Shown here in pieces: positions 39,042 to 52,145 of a stretch of 64,000 nt of DNA. The stretch is taken from assembly GCA_951406725.2 (NCBI GenBank), contig OX597820.1, positions 92,318,001 through 92,382,000 on the forward strand. The letters run 5' to 3'. The stretch's first letter is position 1. Each line of letters starts with the position of its first letter. A model generated the notes under the pieces. The model saw only the letters and a program-made list of their open reading frames with translations. It searched no databases and was not told the origin of the DNA. The position numbers were made by a program, and so were the translations under genes. This stretch comes from Octopus vulgaris. Lineage: Eukaryota.

Positions 39042-40851
39042 ACCCTCCGCAACCTAATGTTGATGTCCATGGGCTACAGTTTGAAACCATTATCATTTTC
39101 GAAAGGACTGTACCGAAGTGAATCTTTTATTCACTACCCAGTCCTATTGTAATGATTACAAATGCAAACATTGATTTCTCAAATGTGATACTATTTTGTG
39201 TTATAGTAAGAAGACTTTTATTTAGAATCCTACACTTGGTATTGTTTTTAATTACTATTTTCTAAGCATTAATCAAGTATGCAGATTTACATGAGAGATT
39301 GGATTTATACGAAAATTATGCGTAGTATGTGACTTTTGTTTTTGAACGAACCCTTCAATATCACTACATAAAGAACATGCTTGTAAGAAAGGCTGTAATG
39401 GCCGGAAATATGCACCAGTTGAAGAGGAGGTATAGATTCAAGATTGACTAGCACCTATATTAAACATTTCAATTTCGTATCAAACTACAGATACTTCTTT
39501 GATCACTTTGTTATTGCTAGCTGGGTCTTTTTCTTGTATATAATGTCATATTTGTTGATGCTCTTTATATTCTTCTACAGAATGTATTGTTCAAAATTTT
39601 GCAATAAATTATCCAAATTTGAATGAAGTTTTACTCTTAGTAATGAACAAGTATTGTTGTATCTCTATGTGTTATCATCATACTGTTTAGACACTGACAT
39701 TAAAGATGTAGAACAAAATTTTGAATGCAGTATAAATTAATTGAAATTATTTTAAAACCCTGTCGTATTTTTATCTGTTAGTTTCTCTAAAATTTTATCG
39801 CGTGTAAATATTTGACATATAGAAAATAGTGGCTGAAGTTAATCATTTAAAAATAATGTTAAATTATCGAAATCGATACAAACTTCTCAGAAATTTTCGT
39901 TTAACTTTTAATTCCTCTTTTGACGTTTATCTGAAAGAATTTTGCGATGATATATGTTGAAATAGTCCACAATTATATTCTCTTTATTAGATTATTTTTA
40001 CCAGTTTTAAAGATTAGCATTCGTTCTATTTGATTTCAACATCAAATAAAATGTTGAAGCAAACATTTTTTTTTTCAAGATCAACAAGAGAGAAATTATA
40101 TTATTTCTCTATCTTTGCTATTAAAGCGAATTTATCTTTCCGTGTTATCTAATTTATCAAACCTTCAATGTTACCTAGTGCTTGTTTGAACCTATTATAC
40201 CCATTGTTACTAAGCTACATTATATCTACTCCACAATATATACCAAGAACATCCAAATAATGATCAGATAATTAAGGTAGCAACGTTTATTCCATTTATA
40301 CGTTTGTACGTTAAACTTAAGTTGTTTTATAATCAGTTTTACAAAGCAAAAAGGATACCACCATCTATTTATTCCATTTCTGTATAAATTTGATATAGAA
40401 AAAATATAGAAATGATTGATTTTTAAGGATAATTTTAACAGCATTTGCATCGATTACGAAATAATATTTTTACGATAAATTATAAACGTTGATTAGAAAT
40501 AAATTGATAAAACACTATATTTATATTTTTTGTAACTTTGTAACCTATGATAAAGGGGTAATCTATATGCTTGGCGTATCACCCATATAAATTCTCACCC
40601 ATTGATTTGATTTGATGCTTATTTAATTGAGAACTAACGACACGTCGATTCCTTGGTTTTAAAATCATCAAGAGCAGCTTTACGCCAGCCAAGTTTCTCA
40701 TGAGATAGCAGTAATAACCACCGCCTACATTCCTATGAAAAATACACTGTTCAATACGTTTGTTTTTAAATGAAAATAGTTGACCGATAGATTCGAACCA
40801 TCTATATGATAACCTTGATTGAAATTTCCCTACAATGACAGTGATGCTGTA

Positions 40852-40925
40852 GAGGCGCGAGGCGTAATGGTCAGGATGCTGGACTCAGGATCGTAAGATA
40901 GTGGTTTCGATTCCTTGACCAGGCT
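40852..40925 (+). mobile_element. Isolated tRNA-like SINE head
   Basis: A-box-like aggcgtaatgg and B-box-like gtttcgattcc. Similar to the head of 41322-41613; acceptor stem does not close. Confidence 0.55.
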
Positions 40926-41321
40926 ATACTATTAGGCACAAATAAAAAGATGGTATTTAAATTGTTTATCCACCCTCGTTTTTATCACGACGAAAGTAAT
41001 CTCTCTTATCAACAAAATATTTTTTAAATGAACTTAGTTTGATACTCATTTGATAAACATTGCTCTTATCAAATGTCAATAATTTAAAGGCTTCTATCCT
41101 TGAAAAATTTTAAACTGCACTCCCAACATATCGGACTAAGATAAGCACTGTCGTTTACGCTATTATGAACTGATGCTAATCAATGTTCTTTCAGTTATGC
41201 CACAGAAAATAAAACGTTTATATTTCTATTACTACATAACGTGGTCCTATCTGCCCAGAGACTGACGTTATTTTCCACAACTTCAAATGCAGTGATTTCG
41301 CACTTTACATATATGTAACAT

Positions 41322-41613
41322 GTGGAGATACATGGCCTAGTGGTTAGAGCAGCGGATTTTGGTCGATGGGCCGCGTGTTCAAATATCAGACCGGGCGATG
41401 TATGCGTTTACGAGCGAAACACCTAAGCCCGGCGGAGGGTAATGGCGAACTTCTGTTGACTCTTTCGCCACAACTTCCTCTCACTCTTTCCTCCTACATC
41501 TTGCAGCTCTCCTGCGACGGACAGGTGGCCCGTCCAGGTGGAGAACCTATACGCCAAAGAAACCGCGAAAACGGCCCTATGTTTCACAAGGGGCAAAAAA
41601 ATTAAGAAAAAGA
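41322..41613 (+). mobile_element. tRNA-derived SINE family C with 11-bp TSD
   Basis: A box tggcctagtggtt, B box gtgttcaaat, V-SINE-like block cctgcgacggac..cccgtccagg and A-rich tail. atatgtaacat at 41311-41321 and 41614-41624. Confidence 0.85.
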
Positions 41614-42745
41614 ATATGTAACATACCTCATCTTGAAACATTTAAAGCATCGTCAAATTAAGACCTGCCATTTCTAGTTAAAGTATAAAAGTAAAAATGG
41701 ATGTTTTGAGTTAATTTATTTAAATTATAATAAAGACAACAGGACTATTTTAACAGTAATAATACTTATAAATGAATAAAGCTCTAAATTGTGAAAGCCC
41801 TCGTGGAAAAAACTTCTGGCTGAAGCCGTCCCAAAACTGACCCTTGTAAATGCTTTTGGTTATAGTGTATCTGTTCAGCATTAGGAATCTATAATGTGTC
41901 ATTTTTTAATACCTGATAATCAGGCTCATAGAGTGACTGCATAGTGACTTTTTCGCTGACATATTACATGTTGCAGTAAACATCATGAGACATTTGAACT
42001 GTCCACCACACAAGTAACAAAGACATAGCAGTAGATATCAAATAGAGACAGACACGAGATAACGGTGGTTCAGACCAAAATATTCGCCGTTATTTCTTCC
42101 AATTCATAGTGTTGCAAACACAGAACCATAAGGAGACCACAGATTATATTTTGGAATGATAATCAATAGCCGGGTTAAAAACTAACAGCTCGTCCATTGC
42201 AATATTAGGAATATCGAGTCAATTGGAGGCATACAAGTGAAGGGTTTAGGTCTCAGGAAAATGGCACCCCTTCCCCGTATTAGAAGGCCCAGAAAATGTC
42301 ATGGATGACACTTCTTCTCTCCTGAGTAAGCCATAAAATCTGTATAAATATCGGCTTCGTTCATAGCCGTCAACGTCACACACCGGAATCTCGCTAGTAT
42401 ATTAGCAAGGGACTGAAATCACATATATTGTATCTCCATGAATATCAAAATAGCAATAGTATAAAACTTATAAAATATAGACTGGCTTCTGTTGATAGAG
42501 ATTTGTGAAGCAATTATTTAGATAATTCTATTCAACTGAGATGCATTTCAGATGTCTTACATTACTTTAGTCATTGAATATATCGAATTAATAAAATAAT
42601 AGTAATGTTAATTAATAATTTGGTCACAAAGTCTTATATAAAGATTGTCACACGATTCATAATAACTTGTGCTACAAAACGTACGTTTTTACTTACAAGC
42701 TGTTATCTTTTACTGATCTCGGCCATTAGAATGTGTGCACGTTAC

Positions 42746-43010
42746 CTATATCAGCTGTTAAGCTCTTGGTGGCAACGGCTGCAACATTAGAAATTCCATT
42801 AGTCTTTGGGAAACATATGTCCTCAGGATAACATTGCTGGTAGGATGAAGGTAAACCCTTTTCGAAATCTTTGTATACAGGTACAGATGCATGATCAATC
42901 ATCAACGACAAAGGCCTTAGCACCAATGATGTATTTAACAGGCGTACGTTTAATTGTAACACTTTCATATCAAAGCAAGAGGAAAAACAGTTCATGAAGT
43001 TGGCAAACAT
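42746..43010 (-). CDS. Candidate first coding exon of an unknown gene
   Basis: ATG-initiated non-repetitive ORF (MFANFMNC...QQCYPEDICFPKTNG...TADI) ending at phase-1 donor G|GTAACG. No family recognised. Confidence 0.3.
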
Positions 43011-44519
43011 CGAAAAGAGTAAAGCTGTTTTTCCAGGTTTAAATCACGAAATATGAATGGTTTAACTGTTTTGATTAGTCACTCCAGTTTTAGAGACGGA
43101 ACTGATGTTCTTAATATGTATATCTACACTAAACTTCAATTAGTTTTAACTCTGATATCATTCATTAATCCAACAATGCTCTATGAATGTGTATCTGTGT
43201 ATATGTGTGTATATGTGTGTAAGTGTGTGTGTTTGTGTGTGTTTGTGTATGTGTGTGTGTCCATCCTTAGTAGTTTATTTGGTAAGACTAGTGTAATGTT
43301 AAGCAGTGAATATAATTTGTGTACATATCCAGAAAAAAATAGACCTGATGTCAATTCGAAATTAAACCATTTCAAACATAAGCACTTCTCGCCATGTATA
43401 CAAACTGTTTCAATCAATTGCCAGTTCTTCCTTCCAAAATTTCATTTTTGACTATGAAAATATCTAAGTGGATTTCAGGAGAATATTTTCTAGGGGTTCT
43501 CCATTTTATTATATTTTTATAATTGAATTCTAATGAACAATAATCATCATTTCCACAAGCAGCTTTACAATGCCATGGGATTAATAAAAAAACATACAAC
43601 ATTGAATATTGTACTTAGTGTGTATATTAAACATATTTCACAATCAGATAGTTTTTTGTCTGGTAAACTTGAAATGTCCTCTGATTAATGTCACCGCATT
43701 TATGTTTAGCGGAGTTCATTTTGCCATAAGCAATCAGTCGGAGGATAACGTTCTCATTTAGGAAATTGCAAGCTCTGCTCTTATTCACATTGTAATTATA
43801 TTTCCCTTTGGCATTGTCATTTAATAGCCATCATTTATTCGTAACGAACTCCCAATGCAATAAGACCAGTAAAATGTCACTTTATTCTTTGATTGGATTA
43901 TTTTTTAAAACTCAAAAAGCCAAAAATAATTTTCTATATTTAAAAAAATTAATGAAAACGAATTATTTAATAAAACACGGATGTTTCCACAGTATTTGAA
44001 GAGAAACCAAATTTCTTGTGCGATAGTTATTGCGGATCTCTTGTATTTGGATGTATTCTATTTAAGGCGTACATGATTCATACAGATATGCATGCTCACT
44101 TCGGTTGAGCAACTATTCACAACTGCAAATTACATAAAGTAATAAAAGCAACAGCGAGGAATAAATAATTGCACCTGGTGTGCATTATTTAGGTCCTATT
44201 ATTATTATAATTTACTGGTGAGGCATTAAATGTCACAAATATTCATCATTGTACAATAAAACGCCCTAGTATTTGGGAAAATTCTTTCTTTATTTCCATG
44301 TGTTACCATTCACCAGACTAATGGGTAATGAGATAAATTGGTGGGGCCATTTGGAATAAAATACTTGCTATTAAGTGACAATGAGAAATATAAATATAAA
44401 AAAGCGATCAGAATCAGAATTAGAGCTCAACTTGCCATTTTATTAAATTATGTTATGCGAATTCTTCACATTTGTTTTAGCATATCTCTCTCTTCTCTCT
44501 CTCGCTCTCTCTTTCTCTA

Positions 44520-44561
<42 letters not shown>

Positions 44562-44638
44562 ATGTATGTGTATCGGCATGAATTTAAGCACCAGAAGGAA
44601 TGGACATGTATGAAGGCATATCTATGTCTGTGAGAGTG

Positions 44639-44684
<46 letters not shown>

Positions 44685-44726
44685 GTTGTTGTTGTTGTTG
44701 TTGTTGTTGCTGTTGTTGTTATTACT

Positions 44727-45060
44727 GCGAGCTACCAGAATCGTTAGCACGCCTGACAACATGCTTAGCGACAAATGCCATTTAGGTCGACTTTGACTTT
44801 CATCCTTTCAGAGTCGATAAATTAAGTACCAGTGTGGAAGATTTAATCGTTTACCTCCTCCCACCAAATGTCAGGCCTTGTACCGTTGGTAGAAAAAAAT
44901 TGTTATCATCAAGGAGGCGAGCTAGTAAAGTGATTTTCGGCATTTTCAAATTCCTCTGAAATCGATTTTGTCTTTCGTCTTTCAGTGTCGATAAAATAAG
45001 TATCCGTTGAGAATTGTGATTGATATAATGCACTAACCCGCTGCCCCCAGAATTGCAACC
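44727..45060 (+). mobile_element. Two tandem SINE family B copies
   Basis: gcgagctaccagaatcgttagcacgcc..ggtcgactttgactttcatcctttcagagtcgataaaattaagtaccag. Second head ggcgagctag at about 44916. Confidence 0.8.
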
Positions 45061-45061
45061 T

Positions 45062-45695
45062 GATAACGTCGCCACAACTTGTAGTGATTTGGGGGCAAAT
45101 CTAGGGCATTCGTTCATATTATGGGCAATGGTGTCAGCCACTCTATTACAGATGTAGCATAGCGGAGACATTTGCTCATTCTTAAGGCTGATTCTCCAGT
45201 TCGTGGCCAACGCTTGCCCTTGCGCAGCCAGGATTGTGCTCTTCATGTTTGTTTCTTTTTCCTTTCTTTTTCTTTTTTACTCTGTTTTCAATACTTCCCG
45301 TTCCTAACTGCGCTAGCAAGGTTTCATTACTTTGGTCTATGTAGATCATTAAGCTCTTGAATTCGATACGTCCGCAGTCTTCCACATGGAGAGACGAAAT
45401 GGATTAAGTCCTCTTCATCCATTTCCTCTTTCTATGTATAGGTGATCAGTGTCAGCACGGGGATGATGAGTTTCATGCATCGTTCGGAGATTTCTTGAAT
45501 TTCTGTCCATCTCATTTAGCTCCTCCTCTGTCCATTTCAGGATACCAGTACTATATCGAACTAAAGCGACTGCGCGCGAGTTGATTGCCGAAATTATTTC
45601 TGGCATTCAGCTTTGAAGATTATATTTTTCTCAATTGCCGCGTGTACTCTCTTTTTATCATTTCCTTCATGTCGTTGAATTTAATTCCATCTGCC
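45062..45695 (-). mobile_element. R4/Dong-type LINE internal fragment adjoining (TAA)n
   Basis: ISAINSRAVALVRYSTGILKWT..HHPRADTDHLYIER and ILAAQGQALATN..CYIC..DTIAH...EC. Confidence 0.85.
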
Positions 45696-45696
45696 C

Positions 45697-45757
<61 letters not shown>

Positions 45758-46189
45758 TTTATCATCATCATCATCATCATCATCATCACTTTATCACAGG
45801 TTTTGTTGGAGCTCCTTGGAGCTTTCTTGATTACCTGTGACATTACATGTGACATTGTCATTCAGTGACGCACATACATTAGAAAAAAAAATTCTTGGAT
45901 CGCATGGGTAGACAGGAAGTTAATTGAGCCCTGGTGTATTGCCGGTCTTTGGAAAATCTTGGAAGCCGGCGTGTGTGTGTGTATGTCTGTGTGTGTGTTT
46001 GTGTGTGTGGCTGTTTGTCTGTGTGTGTGTGTGTGTGTGTACTATAAATGTGAGAGCGTTGAAGTGGGCATCAGATATCAGTGCATGTGTGTCAGCTACG
46101 TGTGTATGTACATACGGTGCGTGTACGTTGCTTGTGCATGGATTGTGACAATGTTTTGTCCTTAATATGTGAAACGTTCTCTTTTGATG

Positions 46190-47300
46190 TTATATATTTA
46201 ATCTTTTAATAAAGCAGATCTCGTATTTTCTGCCCCGTTCCTTGTATTTTTTGTCCTTAGTTATTAGGTCTGTCATGTATGAAATTTGCAGAAAAGAAAA
46301 CAAAAACGTTTCAATGCAAGTTTTTGATGTTCTGTCCAAATCCATAATGCTGGCCTTGAATACTAATTCTTTTTCCAGGGATTGGTGTTCGGAGATGTAC
46401 AATTTCAGCATATTTCGTGGGGTATGTTTAATATTATTTTTATTGTTGTTGAAAATGAGCAACCCTATGTTGGGGAGGCAAGTGTATATAGCTGTTCGTG
46501 ACTACATTCATGTTATATACATACGTTGTAGTATGAAATTTTCCTCTTTTTACCTCTTTTTGGTCTGTCTATATTTGGTTCAATACGCTTAAAGGTGGAC
46601 CATTCGAATGTGGCGTTTTAGCATGTGACAGCCTCTTTGAAAATACTTTCAAGTTGAAAATACTTCAGCGGTTAGGTTGGAAATATGCCTACTACTGCTA
46701 TTGACTAAATGTTTGATTGTGGGCGATGGGTTTTTAAAGCCTATGACAGTATAGAAGGTACCAACGTATTGTTTAGGGTAGGGCTTATATTTGCCTGTAC
46801 CAAGATTCATATTAAGGATAAGAAATTACTTCGTTGAGGTTACTGTTAGTTGAAGTTCTTAGGTTCAGCTGGCTAAATAGTTTGCATATTTTCCGTATCT
46901 TATCCACATTGTGTCCATTTGTGTTATGTTCTACTCCAAAACCGTTGTCCCCGTATAGCTCATATCGGTTTCTTCTGTCTCTTTTTTTTAAGGACATCTA
47001 AGATGTGAAGGCTAAGCAGATCATTTATATCTGCAGCATCATAGCACCACTTAATGACAACTAATAGTTCATCCTATTCATTTTCAACCAATCTGAATTA
47101 TAATGTAAAAAGCAATAACTTCCTTGTAATCATTATACCATATATATCAATATTAGTGATGGTTAGATTTGAATTACTAAACCCAAGTGCCTTTTGGAGC
47201 AGGTTTCTGAAGTTCGAGAAGTAAGACTTCACGATGTCGGATTGGATGAATTTTATTGAAATATTCAATGGTTGTGCTGCTTTCTATCCGTTGACTATAC
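46190..47300 (-). mobile_element. Second Penelope-like element, heavily decayed
   Basis: FIQSDIVK..LLQKALGF, ELYGDNGFG..DKIRK..LF, GKYKPYPK, YTCLPNI and LVFKASI occur in Penelope RT/GIY-YIG order. Confidence 0.7.
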
Positions 47301-47420
47301 TGAAGGGAGAGGAATACAATAACCTCATATAAAAAGCTTGAAAATGTTAAGAGAACCCTCTTTACATGAAAGCATTGGTAGTCTTGCTAAATCACAAACG
47401 AAAATGTGCCTGTGTATATA

Positions 47421-47471
<51 letters not shown>

Positions 47472-47539
47472 GCATACATACATACACACAAACATACAAA
47501 CACATACATGCACACACACATACACACACATACACACGC

Positions 47540-47900
47540 TTACTGATGAAACATGCCCATCAAAATATCTGTCAAGAGTAAATTTAACAGGCCGGATTTT
47601 GTTGTTGGGACAAGTAGGGGACCGCCAGCTTTTATATCCAGATTATAAATTCCTATATATACGAATAATAATTAGTGAACTAATATTTTCAGAAACAGAA
47701 ATCAACCAATTATCTTGCACATTACAAAAACAATCTGAAAGTAGGACAGTAAAAATATGGAAGAATTTTTGCAAGTTTAAAATGTGACATTATTTTTGTT
47801 AAGTACATTCAAAAGATGAAACTTTGTATCTTTGCTAGAAACCAGCTCCTTCCTCAAGAGGAAAAATTCAATAATTAAAAACAGTAGAGAACCTACATAT
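47540..47900 (+). mobile_element. 3' fragment of the LINE family seen at 54582-58620
   Basis: QLLYPDYKFLYIRIII..LQKQS...VKIWKNF matches LQLLYPDYRFTFISVII..LQIQS...LKFCKTF. Shared 3' UTR motif tagaaacc.g.tc.ttc. Confidence 0.75.
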
Positions 47901-48129
47901 GCTGCATATTCTGAAATTTGGGCGGAATTATTTAGATTTCCAATGAATTCATATGATATGGCAACCGAATACTTACGTTATTGGTAAGTATGCAACAAAT
48001 AAGTTGTCGTTTAAGAGATGATATTTTCTCAGCAGTAATATATTTCAGCAGAAACATATTACATAGACTACGTTATAGGATTACGAGTTTATTACATAAA
48101 TATGAATTACCGAAATGATGTTTCACGTA

Positions 48130-48262
48130 TTATTGGTTTCAAAACTTGCCACAAAGCCAGCAGTTTTTGAGCACGTAGTAAGTCAGATATATTGACCACA
48201 GTACTTGGATTAGAGCCGCGAAGCAGTTTCTCGAGCGTAATAGCGATTCTGCCAGTTCACAT
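48130..48262 (-). mobile_element. SINE family B, internally deleted
   Basis: Tail ttggtttcaaaacttgccacaaagccagc and head gcgattctgccagttc. Confidence 0.6.
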
Positions 48263-48465
48263 AATACTGGAAGACTTCGCCTAACTAGAAACGTTTTAAA
48301 AGTGAAATTTTTGCTGATCATCTTGAGTATACTGTTTAAAAGAAAAGCAATGAAAATTTTAGAAACTCTCTCTCTCACACATACACACACCCGCTCTCTC
48401 TTTCTCCCTTTGTATATATATATATATATATATATATATGTCTGTATGAATGTATGCATGTATGT

Positions 48466-48742
48466 TTTTTTTTTGTTTCCCGTCTGTCTTGATAGACAAT
48501 GGGTCGCGCCAAGGGTGGGCCTACTTTGATGATGTGCAGCGTCTGCTGTGACTGAACAGTCCAATTCTAGAGTGGCAGTCCCTGGTACAGTTGCTGCACA
48601 CGAACATCGATGGGTACGTGTGGGGTGTTGCTGCAGTTGTCCTCCTCCTGCATTTTTGCTGGGCGTATGTTGTCCAGCTGTCGCTGCCGTAGAGTAGGGT
48701 GCTCAGCACGCAGGCTCGGTACACTGCGATCTTGGTGGTTAT
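48466..48742 (-). mobile_element. RTE (BovB-like) LINE 3' end with internal deletion
   Basis: TKIAVYRACVLSTLLYGSDSWTTY joined to terminal FVCSNCTRDCHSRIGLFSHSRRC*. Short 3' UTR and A-tail. Confidence 0.88.
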
Positions 48743-48794
48743 ATACATACATATATATATATATATATATAAAGGAAAAAGAAGATATATACAT

Positions 48795-49693
48795 ATTTAC
48801 AGATATTTTGTTGGATGTCCGTAGACTGGTCAGGAGTTCCTCCACTCTTTGACAGAGTTCCTCAAGCTTCGTTTGAGTTGGAGTTCAAGGACTGAGAAAG
48901 AAGTGTATTGCCTAAGTTTTGTTTTTCTAGAAGTAGATCATATCTGCTGATCTATCTGAGAACCAGTCACTAGACTTACGTGATTTAAATCCCAGTGACG
49001 AACTTTCAGCCTGAAATACTTTTGTTTTGAAATCTACCCAAATATTTTTTGGTCAAGATTGATACTTTCTATAGCATCGTGGAATCTTTGCAAGTTGCTT
49101 GATAATATAAAGTTTGCAACGCACTAGATGATGTCAATCCAGCACTCTTCCCCTCTCATGGCCCGAACGCTAGAGCCGTCTTTCATATCACGCTTTGTGA
49201 TCAGAAAATAGCTGTGAAATCGAGGAGGTAAAGAAGAATGTCTAGTCAGGGCACAGAGTGATTATACGCTAAGATATAGAGGCTGAACTCTCAGAGAGAG
49301 TAAGGACGGGATGCTCCAGACAAAGCTAGACAATGCCATACGTGCTTGAGCCTTGAATAACCTCTTTCTGCCTACGCTGTTCTATACAAATGAGACGTGC
49401 GCTACTACGAAGAAGATAGAACATCAATTGGCTATGCGGCAAAGGGCCATCAAATGATCCATGCTCATAATAACAGAGCCCATTCGAGATGAAATAATTC
49501 TAGAACGGACCAGAGTGAACAATGTGAGTTCATTGTACGGAAAGTAAAAATTCTGCTGGGCCGAACACCTCACAAGATTCACAGATAACAGGTGAACATG
49601 GACATCGGAAAGGCCTCTTGGAAGGCCTCCATGATGATAGGAAGATGATATGATCAAGGAATTTGGGTCAAGATGGAAAAGGGTGATGCAATA
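48795..49693 (+). mobile_element. Decayed RTE LINE 3' region
   Basis: LPTLFYTNETCA, QRAIK, IRDEIILERTRV, CWAEHLTRFTDNR and RPLGRPP in RTE order. Confidence 0.7.
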
Positions 49694-49821
49694 AAGTGTG
49701 TGTATGTGTGTATTTGCGTACATGCGTGTATGTGTGTTTATATATAATATATGTATACTGAATACATAAATATATATGAATATATGTACACTTATACATA
49801 TATTGGTACGATATATGTATA

Positions 49822-50285
49822 AGGCGCAGGAGTGGCTGTGTGGTAAGTAGCTTGCTAACCAACCACATGGTTCCGGGTTCAGTCCCACTGCGTGGCATCT
49901 TGGGCAAGTGTCTTCTGCTATAACCCCGGGCCGACCAATGCCTTGTGAGTGGATTTGGTAGACGGAAACTGAAAGAAGCCTGTCGTATATAACTTAGAAA
50001 GGTTTTTGGCCAGTATTGGCCCAGGCCATGTCTAACTTAATAGCACCACCTGGCTCTAACTTAATAGCACATATATATATGTATGTGTGTGTGTCTGTGT
50101 TTGCTTGACAACCGATGCTGGTGTGTTTACGTCCCCGTCACTTAGCGGTTCGGCAAAAAGAGACCGATAGAATAAGTACTGGGCTTACAAAAAGAATAAG
50201 TCCCGGGGTCGAGTTGCTCGACAAAAGGCGGTGCTCCAGCATGGCCGCAGTCAAATGTCTGAAACAAGTAAAAGAGTAAAGAGAG
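49822..50285 (+). mobile_element. SINE family A, full length and well preserved
   Basis: A box tggctgtgtggtaa, B box gggttcagtccc, core ttgggcaagtgtcttctgctata, internal (TA/TG) tract and 3' tail gaaacaagtaaaagagtaaagagag. Confidence 0.92.
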
Positions 50286-50894
50286 ATAACTGTTTGAATA
50301 GACATATTTATTAACAAATATCTGGAACTATGAGAATGGGTGTTTGCTTCAACAAGCGCTAATTCAGTCGCCGTAATTAGGTGTCCAACTATAGAAGTTA
50401 CGTATACACATTAAGATACGGAAACAACCCCCTTTATTGTTGAGAAACTAGAAACGATAAAGGAATGATTGCGAATCTACAGTGTCCAAGAAGGTAATGA
50501 ATTCAAACCAATAGTATTGAATTTTAGAAAGAATATACTAAAATTACAACGAATTTTGCGATTTCATTCGTTAAAACAGACATGAACGTCAAAACCAAAC
50601 AGATTCAACAAATAATGGTTATTTAGTATGATTTTGAGATGTTGTGGATTTGTTTTTTGTTTTTTTAAAGTTTTTTCGTTGGTTATCTAAAACATTCAAG
50701 AACAAATACAACATTAAATTTGGTATGAGGAATCTGCATAATTTCATCTCTTGAAAAAAATGTCAGTCTAAGCGATTTTAAGAATACAAGAAAATATTAC
50801 AAGAAAGACAGTCACCAGCAACGTATATTTATTATAACGGAGTAGATCGAGTCAAATCGATAAATATTCAGATACTTCGAAGGAGAATGTAAAG

Positions 50895-50912
50895 GATAAG
50901 AGGAAGAAGGAA

Positions 50913-50947
<35 letters not shown>

Positions 50948-51049
50948 AGAAGAAGAGGAGGAGAATGAAGAAGAAGAAGAAGAAGAAGAAGAAGAAGAAG
51001 AAGAAAAAGAAGAAAAAAAGAAAAAGAAGAAGAAGAAGAAGAAACTGAC

Positions 51050-51080
<31 letters not shown>
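50895..51080. repeat. (GAG/GAA)n(GAT)n microsatellite
   Basis: Directly visible. Confidence 0.95.
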
Positions 51081-51099
51081 ATCTCCTATCGTGAGTGAA

Positions 51100-52145
51100 T
51101 AATGCTGGTTTAAACAAAAGTTCGTACCTTTTTTGAAGTAACATTGAAGAACAATATTTAGATATTTGTACATATCTTTATTCAACCAAATGTATCCCAT
51201 TTTGTTGCATTAACTTTCGCCATTTTCGAAGCTGCTTCTTGAATTCATTCTCCCAGAATTTGGCAGCCTTGTTGATCATGTACTAGTCTAAGTGGTTTTT
51301 GCAGCCTTCCAAATAACTGAAGTTCTTCCCATTAAGAGAATTTTACAGGGATAGAAATAAATGGTAATCCTAAGGTGCATTGTCAGGCAAGCAACATAGG
51401 TGTGGTAGGACATACCAACCAAGTTGTTTCAATTTTTACCGGGCCTGCAATTTCTACTTAGCGTTTTCTTGATAAAGAACGATATCACACTTCCGCCTCG
51501 CCAATTCTGGACGTTTTTCATCTGTTGCCTTCTGTATTCAGTGTAACTGGGAACAATAAATGTCTGAATTCAAGTTCAGGCTTTACGAGATGTGCTCCTA
51601 ATGCAGAATACGCTTCTATTCTGACCGGGAATTTTTCACACCACATCGTTGTAAACAATCCGTTTTATACCAGCTTTGATTAATTTTTAAAACAAATATC
51701 TTGCTTTTGTTATATTTGAGCAGAGAATTGCAAATATAAATGTAGTCCTTTCGATTTGTTTTTCGTTATTTTAATTTGTTACTAAATTCTTATGCCCACA
51801 AGTATCATAGAGTTTTATGTATCTAAGTTTTTTCAAAGTGCATTATAACTTGCATATGTATGTAGGGGCATCTCTGCTACTCTAATCTCGTGTGAACTAG
51901 AACATTTCTCATTAGCATTTCCACTTGGCAGATCGTTCACGATGTTTTAGTTTAAAAGTTTTGCTCTTAAACCGTGGGAACAATTCTGTCAGCTTTGACA
52001 CCATCTCTATCAAATGCACATATCTGTTTTTGTTATTTGTAGAACATTTCCTTCCCAGAAATAAAAGACCATCAGATTGTGAAAGTGTATCTCATTCTTT
52101 TTTAAATTTAATTTTCAATATAAAAATTATAAAAATAAACTAACC
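51100..52145 (-). mobile_element. Decayed mariner transposon
   Basis: Minus strand LPHLCCLPDNAP*DYHLF (the PHPPYSPDLAPSDYHLF motif), IVYNDV, and C-terminal KWRKLMQQNGIH. Confidence 0.65.

Noticed and set aside
42365-42400. Helitron 3' end (…ccggaatctcgCTAGt)
   Set aside because: No convincing GC hairpin upstream and no identifiable 5' TC end.
49822-49900. tRNA genes (also 41322, 40852, 62122)
   Set aside because: A/B boxes are present but no complete cloverleaf forms, and the longer copies continue into SINE bodies.
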